From Octopus sinensis (lineage: Eukaryota), in assembly GCF_006345805.1 (NCBI RefSeq), contig NC_043025.1, positions 16,988,001 through 17,052,000 on the forward strand: 64,000 bases of DNA, in the 5' to 3' direction. Of the stretch, positions 52,001-64,000 are shown piece after piece; position 1 is the stretch's first letter, and each line of letters opens with the position of its first letter. The notes under the pieces were generated by a model. It searched no databases, was not told where the DNA came from, and worked only from the letters and a program-made list of their open reading frames with translations. The translations under genes were made by a program, and so were the position numbers.

Positions 52001-55000
52001 TTTTGTGATCTGTTAGATAAATATAAGTTAACTGAGTGATAATATGCCTATATTTACCCAAGAGATCACTAAATTCTCAAAAGTTTTCAGGTTAGGAAAT
52101 TGAAAATAATTCAAATGTGTACTTGAAAAACAGAAAAAAAAATTTGTGATCTGTTAGGTAAATATAAGCTATATGAGTGATAATAAGCTTATATTTATCC
52201 AAGAGATCACTAAATTCTCAAAAGTTTTCAGGTTAGAAAATGTCAAATTATTTCAAATGTGTACTTGAAAAACAAAAAAAAATTTTGTGTTCTGTTAGAT
52301 GAATATAAGTTAACTGAGTGATAATAAGCTTATATTTACCCAAGAGATCACTAAATTCTCAAAAGTTTTCAGGTTAGAAAATGTCAAAATATTTCAAATG
52401 TGTACTTGAAAAACAAAAAACAATTTCTTTGTCTCTTAGGTAAATATAAGCTATATGAGTGATAATAAGCTTATATTTATCCAAGAGATAACTAAATTCT
52501 CAAAAGTTTTCAGGTTAAAAATTGTGAAAATATTTCAAATGTGTACTCGAAAAACAAAAAAAAATTTTGTGATCTGTTAGGTAAATATAAGCTATATGAG
52601 TGATAATAAGCTTATATTTATCCAAGAGATCACTTAATTCTCAAAATTTTGAGGTTAGAAAGTGTCAAAATATTTCAAATGTGTACTTGAAACACAAAAA
52701 AAAATTTTGTGATCTGTTGGGTAAATATAATCTATATGAGTGATAATAAGCTTATATTTATCCAAGAGATAACTAAATTCTCAAAAGTTTTCAGGTTAGA
52801 AACTGTCAAAATATTTCAAATGTGTACTTGAAAAACATAAAAAAATTTTGTGATCTGTTAGATAAATATGATTTAACTGAGTGATAATAAGAGAGATGAC
52901 TAAATTCCCAAAGTTTTCAGGTTAGAAAATGTCAAATATTTCAAAGTGTACTTGAAAACAAAAAAAAAAATTCTGTGATCTGTCAGGTAAATATAAGCTA
53001 TATGAGTGATAATAAGCTATATTTATCCAAGATATCACAAATTCTCAAAAGTTTTCAGGTTAGATAATGTCAAATATTTCAAATGTGTACTTGAAGATAA
53101 AAAAAATTTTGTGATCTGTTAGGTAACTATAAGCAATATCAGTGATAATAAGCTTATATTTTTCAAAGAGATCACTAAATTCTCAAACGTTTTCAGGTTA
53201 GAAAATGTCAAAATATTTCAAATGTGTACTTGAGGAACAAAAAAAATTTTGTCGACTGTTAAGTGAATATAAGCTATATGAGTGATAATAAGTTTATATT
53301 TATCCAAGAGATCACTAAATTCTCAAACGTTTTCAGGTTAGAAAATGTCAAAATATTTCAAATGTGTACTTGAAAAACAAAAAAAAATTTTGTGATCTGT
53401 TAGATAAATATAAGTTAGCTGAGTGATAATAAGCTTATGTTTATCCAAGAGATCACTAAATTCTCAAATTTTTTCAGGTTAGAAAATGTCAAAATATTTC
53501 AAATGTGTACTTTAAAACAAAAAAAAAATTTGTGTCTCTTAGGTAAATAATGCTATATGAGCCATAATAAGCTTATATTTATCCAAGTGATCACTAAATT
53601 CTCAAAGGTTTTTAGGTTAGAAAATGTCAAAATATTTCAAATGTGTACTTGAAAGACAAAAAAAAATTTTGTGATCTGTTAGGTAACTATAAGCTATATG
53701 AGTGATAATAAGTTTATATTTATCCAAGAGATCACTAAATTCTCAGAAGTTTTCAGGTTAGAAAATGTCAAAATATTTCAAATGTGTATTTGAAAAACAA
53801 AAAAAATTTTGATCTCTAGGTTAATATAAGCTATATGAGTGATAATAAGCTTATATTTATCCAAGAAATCACTAAATTCTCAAAAGTTTTCAGGTTAGAA
53901 ATGTCAAAATATTTCAAATGTGTACTTGAAAAACAAAAAAAATTTGGTGATCTTTTTGGTAAATATAGCTATATGAGTGATAATAAGCTTATATTTATCC
54001 AAGAGATCACTAAATTCTCAAAAGTTTTCAGGTTAGAAAATGTCAAAATATTTCAAATGTGTACTTGAAAAACAAAAAAAATTTTGTGATCTATTTGGGA
54101 AAACATTAGCTATATGAGTGATAATAAGCTTATATTTATCCAAGAGATCACTAAATTCTCAAAATTGTTTCAGGTTAGAAATTGTCAAAATATTTCAAAT
54201 GTGTTCTTGAAAAACAAAAAAAATTGTTGTATCTGTTAGGAACTATAAGCTATACAGTGATAATAAGCTTTATTTACCCAATAGATCACTAAATTATCAA
54301 AGTTTTCAGGTAAGAAAATGTCAAAATAATTCAAATGTGTACTTGAAAAATAAAAAAAAATTTGCCTGTCTTTTAGGTAAACATAAGCTATATGAGTGAT
54401 AATAAGCTAATATTTATCCAAGAGAACACTAAATTCTCAAAAGTTTTCAGGTTAGAATATGTCAAAATATTTCAAATGTGTACTTGAAAAATAAAAAAAA
54501 AATTTGTAATCTGTTAGATAAATATAAGTTAACTTAGTGATAAAAGGCTTATATTTATCCAAGAGTTCACTAAATTCTCAAAAGTTTTCAGGTTAGAAAA
54601 TGTCAAAATGTTTCAAATGTGTACTTGAAAAATAAAAAAAAATATTGTGATCTGTTAGATAAATATAAGTTAACTGAGTGATAATAAGCTTACATTTACT
54701 AAAGAGATCACTAAATTCTCAAAACTTTTCAGGTTAGAAGATTTCAAAATATTTCAAATATGTACTTGAAAAACAAAAAAAAATTCTGTGTTCTGTAAGG
54801 TAAATATAAGCTATATGAGTGATAATAAGCTTATATTTATCCAAGAGATCACAAAATTCTCAAAAGTTTTCAGGTTAGAATATGTCAAAATTTTTCAAAT
54901 GTGTACTTGAAAAACAAAAAAAAAATTTGTGATCTGTTAGGTAAATATAAGCTATATGAGTGATAATAAGCTTATATTTATCCAAGAGATCACTAAATTC

Positions 55001-58000
55001 TCAAAAGTTTTCAGGTTAGAAAAAGTCAAAATATTTCAAATGTGTACTTGAAAAACAAAAAAAAATGTTTGATCTGTTAGGGAAATATAAGCTATATAAG
55101 TGATAATAAGCTTATATTTATCAAAGAGATCACTAAATTCTCAATAGTTTTCAGGTTAGAAAATGACAAAATGTTTCAAATGTGTACTTGAAAAACAAAA
55201 AAATATTTCGTTGTCTCTTAAGAAAATATAAGCTATATGAGTGATAATAAGCTTTTATTTATCCAAGAGATCCCTATATTCTCAAAAGTTTTCAGGTTAG
55301 AAAATGTCAAAATATTTCAAATGTGTACTTGAAAAACAAAAAAAAAATTTATTGTCTCTTAGGTAAATATAAGCTATATGAGAGATAATAAGCTTATATT
55401 TATCCAAGAGATCACTAATTCTCAAAAGTTTTCGGATGTTAGAAAAAGTCAATTATTTCAAATGTTTACTTGAAAAACAAAAAAAATGTGTGATCTTTTA
55501 GGTAAATATAAGCTATATGAGTGATATAAGCTTATATTTATCAATGAGATCACTAAATTCTCAATAGTTTTCAGGTAAGAAAATGACAAAATGTTTCAAA
55601 TGTGTACTTGAAAAACAAAAATTATTTCGTTGTCTCTTAAGAAAATATAAGCTATATGAGTGATAATAAGCTTATATTTATCCAAGAGATCACTAAATTC
55701 TAAAAAATTCAGGTTAGAAAATGTCAAAATATTTCAAATGTGTACTTGAAATACAAAAAAAAAATTTGTTGTCTGTTAGGTAAATATAAGCTATATGAAT
55801 GATAATAAGCTTATATTTACCCTAGAGATCACTAAATTCTCAAAAGTTTTCAGGTTAGAAAATGTCAAAATAATTCAAAAGTGTACTTGAAAAACAAAAA
55901 CAAATTTGGTTCTCTGTTGGTAAATATAAGCTATATGAGTGATAATAAGCTTATATTTATCCAAGAGATCACTAAATTCTCAAAAGTTTTCAGGTTAGAA
56001 AAAGTCAAAATATTTCAAATGTGTACTTGAAAAACAAAAAAAAATTTTTGATCTGTTAGGGAAATATAAATTAACTGAGTGATAATAAGCTTATATTTAT
56101 CAAAGAGATCACTAAATTCTCAATAGTTTACAGGTTTGAAAATTACAAAATGTTTGAAATGTGTACTTGAAAAACAAAAAAATATTTCGTTGTCTCATAA
56201 GATAATATAAGCTATATGAGTCATAATAATAAGCTTATATTTATCCAAGAGATCCCTATATTCTCAAGAGTTTTCAGGTTAGAGAATGTCAAAATATTTC
56301 AAATGTGTACTTGAAAAACAAAAAAAAATTTGTTGTCTCTTAAGAAAATATAAGCTATATGAGTGATAATAAGCTTATATTTATCCAAGAGATCCCTATA
56401 TTCTCAAAAGCTTTCAGGTTAGAAAATGTCAAAATATTTCAAATGTATACTTGAAAAACAAAAAAAAATGTTGTGATCTGTTAGGGAAATATAAGCTATA
56501 TGAGTGATAATAAGCTTATATTTATCAATGAGATCACTAAATTCTCAATAGTTTTCAGGTTAGAAAATGACAAAATGTTTCAATGTGTACTGGAAAACAA
56601 AAAAAAATTTGTGATCTGTAAGGTAAATATAGCTATATGATGATAATAAGCTTATATTTATCCAAGAGATCCCTATATTCTCAAAGTTTTTGGTTAGAAA
56701 ATGTCAAAATATTAAATTGTACTTGAAAACAAAAAAAAATTTTGTTGTCTCTTAGGTAAATATAAGCTATATGAGTGATAATAAGCTTATATTTATCCAA
56801 GAGATCACTAAATTCAAAATTTTCAGGTTAGAAAAGTCAAAATATTTCAAGTGTATACTTGAAAATAAAAAAAATGTTTTGATCTGTTAGGGAAATATAA
56901 GCTATATGAGTGATAATAAGCTTATATTTATCCAGAGATCACTAAATTCTCAAAGTTTTCAGGTTAGAAAATGTCAAAATGTTTCAAATGTGTACTTGAA
57001 AACAAAAAATATTTCGTTGTCTCTTAGGAAAATATAAGCTATATGAGTGATAATAAGCTTATATTTATCCAAGAGATCACTAAATCTCAAAATTTTCAGG
57101 TTAGAAAATGTCAAAATATTTCAAATGTGTACTTGAAAACAAAAACAAATTTTTATCTGTTAGGTAATATAAGCTCTATGAGTGATAATAAGCTTATATT
57201 TATCCAAGAGATCACTAAATTCTCAAAAGTTTTCAGGTTAGAAAATGTCAAAATATTTCAAATGTGTACTTGAAAAACAAAAAAAATTTGTGATCTGTTA
57301 GGGAAATATAAGCTATATGAGTGATAATAAGCATATATTTATCCAAGAGATCACTAATTCTCAAAGTTTTTCAGGTTAGAAATGTCAAATATTTCAAATG
57401 TGTACTTGAAAAAACAAAAAATTTGTGATCTGTTAGATATAATATCAGTTCACTGAGTGATAATAAGCTTATATTTATCCAAGATATCACAAAATTCTGA
57501 AAAGATTCAGGTTAGAAAATGTCAAAATATTTCAATGTGTACTTGAAAGACAAAAAAAAAAATTTCGTTGTCTCTTAGGAAAATATAAGCTATATGAGTT
57601 ATAATAAGCTTATATTTTTCCAAGAGATCAATAAATTCTCAAAATGTTTCTGGTTACAAAATGTCAAAATATTTCAAATGTGTACTTCAAAAACAAAAAA
57701 ATTTTGGTTGTCTGTTAAGTAAATATGAGCTATATGAGTGATAATAAGCTTATATTTATCCAAGAGATCACTAAATTCTCAAAAGTTTTCAGGTTAGAAA
57801 ATGTCAAAATATTTCAAATATGAACTTAATAAACAAAAAAAAATTTTGTGATCTGTTAGATAAATATAAGTTAACTGAGTGATAATAAGCTTATATTTAT
57901 CCAAGAGATCACTAAATTCTCAAAAGTTTTCAGGTTAGAAAATGTCAAAATATTTCAAATGTGTACTTGAAAGACAAAAAAAAATTTAGTTGTCTGTTAG

Positions 58001-61000
58001 GAAAATATAAGCTATATGAGTGATAATAAGCTTATATTTATCCAAGAGATCAATTAATTCTGAAAAGTTTTCAGATTAGAAAATGTCAAAATATTCCAAA
58101 TGTGTACTTGAAAAACAAAAAAAAAGTTTTGATCTGTTAGGGAAATAAAGCTATATGATTGAAAATAAGCTTATATTTATCAAAGAGATCACTAAATTCT
58201 CAATAGTTTTCAGGTTAGAAAATGACAAAATGTTTCAAATGTGTACTTGAAAAACAAAAAAATATTTGGGCGTCTCTTAAGAAAATATAAGCTATATGAG
58301 TGCTAATAAGCTTATATTTATCCAAGAGATCCCTATATTCTCAAAAGTTGTCTGGTTAGAAAATGTCAAAATATTTCAAATGTGTACTTGAAAAACAAAA
58401 AAAAATTTTGTTGTCTCTTAGGTAAATATAAGCTATATGAGTGATAATAAGCTTATATTTATCCAAGAGATCACTAAATTCTCAAAAGTTTTCAGGTTAG
58501 AAAAAGTCAAAATATTTCAAGTGTATACTTGAAAAACAAAAAAAAATGTTGTGAACTGTTAGGTAAATATAAGCTATATGAGTGATAATAAGCTTATATT
58601 TATCAATGAGATCACTAAATTCTCAAAAGTTTTCAGGTTAGAAAATGACAAAATGTTTCAAATGTGTACTTGAAAAACAAAAAAATATTTCGTTGTCTCT
58701 TAAGAAAATATAAGCTATAAGAGATCACTAAATTCTAAAAAGTTTTCAGATGAGAAAATGTCAAAATATTTCAAGTGTGTAGTTGAAAAACAAAAAAAAA
58801 TTTTGTTGTCTTTTAGGTTAATATAAGCTATATGAGTGATAATAAGCTTATATTTATCCAAGTGATCACTAAATTCTCAAAAGTTTTCAGGTTAGAAAAT
58901 GTCAAAATATTTCATATGTGTACTTGAAAAACAAAAAAAAATTTTGTTGTCTGTTAGGTAAATATAAGCTATATGAGTGATAAGGAGCTTATATTTATCC
59001 AAGAGATCCCTATATTCTCAAATGTTTTCAGGTCAGAAAATGTCAAAATATTTCAAATGTGTACTTGAAAAACAAAAAAAAATTTTGTTGTCTCTTAGGT
59101 AAATATAAGCTATATGAGTGATAATAAGCTTATATTTATCCAATAGATCACTAAATTCTCAAAAGGTTTCAGGTTAGAAAAATTCAAAATATTTCAAATG
59201 TGTTCTTGAAAAACAAAAAAAAAATTTGTGATCTGTTAGGTAAATATAAGCTATATGAGTGATAATAAGCTTATATTTGTCAATGAGATCACTAAATTCT
59301 CAATAGTTTTCAGGTTAGAAAATGACAAAATGTTTGAAATGTGTACTTGAAAAACAAAAAAATATTTCGTTGTCTCTTAAGAAAATATAAGCTATATGAG
59401 TTTTAATAAGCTTATATTTATCCAAGAGATGACTAAATTCTCAAAAGTTTTCAGGTTAGAATATGTCAAAATGTTTCAAATATGTACTTGAAAAACAAAA
59501 AAAAAATTTGTTGTCTGTTAGGTAAATATAAGCTATATGTGTGATAATAAGCTTATATTTACCCAAGAGATCACTAAATTCTCAAAAGTTTTCAGGTTAG
59601 AAAATGTCAAAATAATTCAAAAGTGTACTTGAAAAAGAAAAAAAAATTTGGTTGTCTGTTAGGAAAAATATGCTATATGAGTGATAATAAGCTTATATTT
59701 ATCCAAGAGATCACTAAATTCTCAAAAGTTTTCAGGTTAGAAAATGTCAAAATATTTCAAATGTGTACTTGAAAAAAAAAAAAAATTTTGTTAACTGTTA
59801 CATAAATATAAGTTAACTGAGTGATAATAAGCTTATATTTACCCAAGAGTTCACTAAATTCTCAAAAGTTTTCAGGTTAGAAAATATCAATATATTTCAA
59901 ATGTGTACTTGAAAAACAAAAAAAAATTTCTGTGATCTGTAAGGTAAATATAAGCTATATGAGTGAACAAAAGCTTATATTTATCCAAGAGATCACTAAA
60001 TTCTCAAAAGTTTTCAGGTTAGAAATTTCAAAATATTTCAAATGTTACTTGAAAACAAAAAAAAAATTGTGATCTGTTAGGGAAATATAAGCAATATGAG
60101 CTTATATTTATCCAAGATCAAGAATCACTATTCTCAAAGTTTTCAGGTTAGAAAATGTCAAAATGTTTGAAATGTGTACTTGAAAAACAAAAAAAAATTT
60201 TGTGATCTGTTGGTAAATATAAGCTATATGAGTGATAATAAGCTTATATTTATCCAAGAGATCACTAATTCTCAAAAGTTTTCAGGTTAGAAAATGTCAA
60301 AATATTTCAAATGTGTACTTGAAAAACAAAAAAAAAATTTGTGATCTCTAGTAAATATATTAACTGAGTGATAATAAGCTTACATTTACCCAAGAGATCA
60401 CTAACTGTCAAAATTTTTGAAATGTGTACTTGAAAAACAAAAAAAAAATTTTGTGATCTGTTAGATAAATATAAGTTAACTAAGTGATACTAAGCTTATA
60501 TTTATCGAAGAGATGACTAAATTCTCAAAAGTTTTCAGGTTAGAAAATATCTAAATATTTCAAATGTGTACTTGAAACACAAAAAAAAATTTCTGTGATC
60601 TGTAAGGTAAATATAAGCTATATGAGTGATAATAAGCTTATATTTATCCAAGAGATCACTAAATTCTCAAAAGTTTTCAGGTTAGAAAATGTCAAAATAT
60701 TTCAAATGTGCACTGGAAAAATAAAAAAAAAATTTGTGATCTCTTAGATAAATATAAGTTAACTGAGTGATAATAAGCTTATATTTATCCAAGAGATCAC
60801 TAAATTCTCAAAAGTTTTCAGGTTAGAAAATGTCAAAATGTTTGAAATGTGTACTTGAAAATCAAAAAAAAATTTTGTGATCTGTTGGGTAAATATAAGC
60901 TATATGAGTGATAATAAGCTTATATTTATCCAAGAGATGACAAAATTCTCAAAAGTTTTCAGGTTAGAAAATGTCAAAATATTTCAAATGTGTACTTGAA

Positions 61001-64000
61001 AAACAAAAAAAACAATTTTGTGATCTGTAAGGTTAATATAGCTATGTGAGTGATAATAAGCTTATATTTACCCAAGAGATCACTAAACTGTAAAAATATT
61101 TCAAATGTGTTCTTGAAAAACAAAAAAAAAAATTCTGTGACCTGTAGGTAAATATAAGTTATATGAGTGATAATAAGCTTATATTATCCAAGAGAACACT
61201 AAATTCTCAAAAGTTTTCAGGTTAGAAAATGTCAAAATATTTCAATGGTTTACTTGAAAATAAAAAAAATTCTGTGATCTCTTAGATAAATATAAGTTAT
61301 ATGAGTGATAATGCTTATATTTATCGAAGAGATGACTAAATTCTCAAAAGTTTTCAGGTTAGAAAATGACAAAATATTTCAAATGTGTACTTGAAAAAAA
61401 AAAAATTTTGTGATCTGTTAGGTATATATAAGCGATATGAGTGATAATAAGCTTAAATTTATCGAAGAGATGACTAAATTCTCAAAAGTTTTCAGGTTAG
61501 AAAATGTCAAAATATTTCAAATGTGTACTTGAAAAAGAAAAAAAAAATTTGTTGTCTGTTAGGTAAATATAAGCTATGTGAGTGATAATAAGCTTATATT
61601 TTTCCAAGAGAACACTAAATTCTCAAAAGTTTTCAGGTTAGAAAATGTCAAAATATTTCAAATGTGTACTTGAAAAACAAAAAAAAATTTGTGATCTCTT
61701 AGATAAATATAAGTTAACTGAGTGATAATAAGCTTACATTTACCCAAGAGATCACTTAACTGTCAAAATATTTCAAATGTGTACTTGAAAAACAAAAAAA
61801 AATTTTGTGATCTGTTAGATAAATATAAGTTAACTAAGTGATACTAAGCTTATATTTATCGAAGAGATGACTAAATTCGCAAAAGTTTTCAGGTTAGAAA
61901 ATATCTAAATATTTCAAATTTGTACTTGAAAAACAAAAAAAAATTTCTGTGATCTGTAAGGTAAATATAAGCTATATGAGTGATAATAAGCTTATATTTA
62001 TCCAAGAGATCACTAAATTCTCAAAAGTTTTCAGGTTCGAAAATGTCAAAATACTTGAAAAATAAAAAAACAAAAATTCATGATCTGTTAGGTTAATATA
62101 AGTTAACTGAGTGATAATAAGCTTATATTTACCCAAGAGTTCACTAAATTCTCAAAAGTTTTCAGGTTAGAAAATATCAAAATATTTCAAATGTGTACTT
62201 GTAAAACAAAAAAAATTTTAGATCTGTTAGATAAATATAAGTTAACTGAGTGATAATAAGCTTACATTTACCCAAGAGATCACTAAAATGTCAAAATATT
62301 TCAAATGTTTACTTGAAATACAAAAAAAAATTTTGTGATCTGTTAGATAAATATAAGTTAACTAAGTGATAATAAGCTTATATTTATCGAAGAGATGACT
62401 AAATTCTCAAAAGTTTTCAGGTTAGAAAATGTCAAAATATTTCAAATGTGTACTTGAAAAACAAAAAAAAATTCTGTGATCTGTAAGGTAAATATAAGCT
62501 ATATGAGTGATAATAAGCTTATATTTATCCAAGAGATCACTAAATTCTCAATAGTTTTCAGGTTAGAAAATGTCAAAATATTTGAAATGTGTACTTGAAA
62601 AACAAAAAAAAATTTTGTGATCTGTTAGGGAAATATAAGCAATATGAGTGATAATTAGCTTATATTTATCCAAGAGATCACTAAATTCTCAAAAGTTTTC
62701 AGGTTAGAAAATGTCAAAATGTTTGAAATGTGTACTTGAAAAACAAAAAAAAATTTTGTGATCTGTTGGGTAAATATAAGCTATATGAGTGATAATAAGC
62801 TTATATTTATCCAAGAGATCACTAAATTCTCAAAAGTTTTCAGGTTAGAAAATGTCAAAATATTTCAAATGTATACTTTAAAAACGAAAAAAATTTTATG
62901 ATCTGTTAGATAAATATAAGTTAACTGAGTGATAATAAGCTTATATTTATCGAAGAGATGACAAAATTCTCAAAAGTTTTCAGGTTAGAAAATGTCAAAA
63001 TATTTCAAATGTGTACTTGAAAAACAAAAAAAAAAATTCTGTGATCTGTAAGGTAAATATAAGCTATGTGAGTTATATTAAGCTCATATTTATCCAAGAG
63101 ATCACTAAATTCTCAAAAGTTTTCAGGTTAGAAAATGACAACATATTTCAAATGTGTACTTGAAAAATAAAAAAAATTTTGTGATCTGTTAGATAAATAT
63201 AAGTTAACTGAGTGATAATAAGCTTACATTTACCCAAGAGATCACTAAACTGTCAAAATATTTCAAATGTGTACTTGAAAAACAAAAAAAAAATTCTGTG
63301 ATCTGTAAGATAAATATAAGTTAACTAAGAGATACTAAGCTTATATTTATCGAAGAGATGACTAAATTCTCAAAAGTTTTCAGGTTAGAAAATATCTAAA
63401 TATTTCAAATGTGTACTTGAAAAACAAAGAAAAATGTCGGTGATCTGTAAGGTAAATATAAGCTATATGAGTGATAATAAGCTTATATTTATCCAAGAGA
63501 TCACTAAATTCTCAAAAGTTTTCAGGTTAGAAAATGTCAAAATATTTCAAATGTGTTCTTGAAAGACAAAAAAAAATTTTGTGATTTGTTAGGTAACTAT
63601 AAGCTATATGAGTGATAATAAGCCAATATGTATCCAAGAGATCACTAAATTCTCAAAAGTTTTCAGGTTAGAAAATGTCAAAATATTTCAAATGTGTACT
63701 TGAAGAACAAAAAAAATTTGTTGTCTGTTAGGTGAATATAAGCTATATGAGTGATAATAAGCTTATATTTATCCAAGAGATCACTAAATTCTCAAAAGTT
63801 TTCAGGTTAGAAAATGTCAAAATATTTCAAATGTGTACTTGAAAAACAAAAAAAAAATTCAAGATCTGTTAGATAAATATAAGTTAACTGAGTGATAATA
63901 AGCTTATATTTATCGAAGAGATGACTAAATTCTCAAAATTTTTCAGGTTAGAATATGTCAAAATATTTCAAATGTGTACTTGACAAACAAAAAAAAAATT
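49099..64000 (-). repeat. Sat140 array, reverse orientation, predominantly 'agctatatg' subtype (same subtype as 1-4715)
   Basis: Reverse-complement monomers with TAAGCTATATGAGTGATAATAAGCTT and an uninterrupted A-tract CAAAAAAAAATTTT. The array runs off the window end. Confidence 0.97.

Noticed and set aside
2784-57273. Short ORFs in Sat140 (e.g. 2784-3059, 3241-3471, 14936-15544, 17729-17911, 22222-22458, 53835-54068, 57043-57273)
   Set aside because: They are chance translations of satellite monomers. The same peptides (MSKYFKCVLEK, QVRKCQNISNVY) appear in shifting frames joined by indels, the 140-bp period is not a multiple of 3, and stops occur in most monomers.
1-64000. CRISPR-like or attC-like array (palindromic repeats at regular spacing)
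   Set aside because: The sequence between the dyads is as conserved as the dyads themselves. There are no unique spacers or cassettes, and no cas or integrase genes.

Overview
This window is non-coding eukaryotic heterochromatin-type DNA, with no credible protein-coding gene, rRNA, intact tRNA or CRISPR array. About 90% is one AT-rich ~140-bp satellite (here 'Sat140') in blocks of alternating orientation: 1-4715 forward, 4816-~19605 reverse, ~19605-44370 forward with a ~770-bp internal inversion at ~34569-35338, and 49099-64000 reverse. It also contains a 322-bp tRNA-derived SINE with a 10-bp target-site duplication (6050-6371, minus strand), a second ~120-bp satellite (44371-48103), a 16-bp minisatellite (48101-48998) and two 100-N assembly gaps. 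Each Sat140 monomer carries a 31-bp imperfect inverted repeat (27/31 matches, 15-nt loop). The main orientation switch, both inversion ends, the SINE insertion and the Sat140/Sat120 junction all fall in or next to this hairpin. Several higher-order repeats are visible (~10-, ~19-, ~27-, 4-, 3- and 2-mers). From memory, the SINE resembles octopus SINEs and the 120-bp satellite resembles the body of another octopus SINE; both resemblances need a database check. I found no gene-encoded system. The best candidate for something new is structural: a hairpin-bearing, possibly centromeric satellite whose rearrangements cluster at the hairpin.
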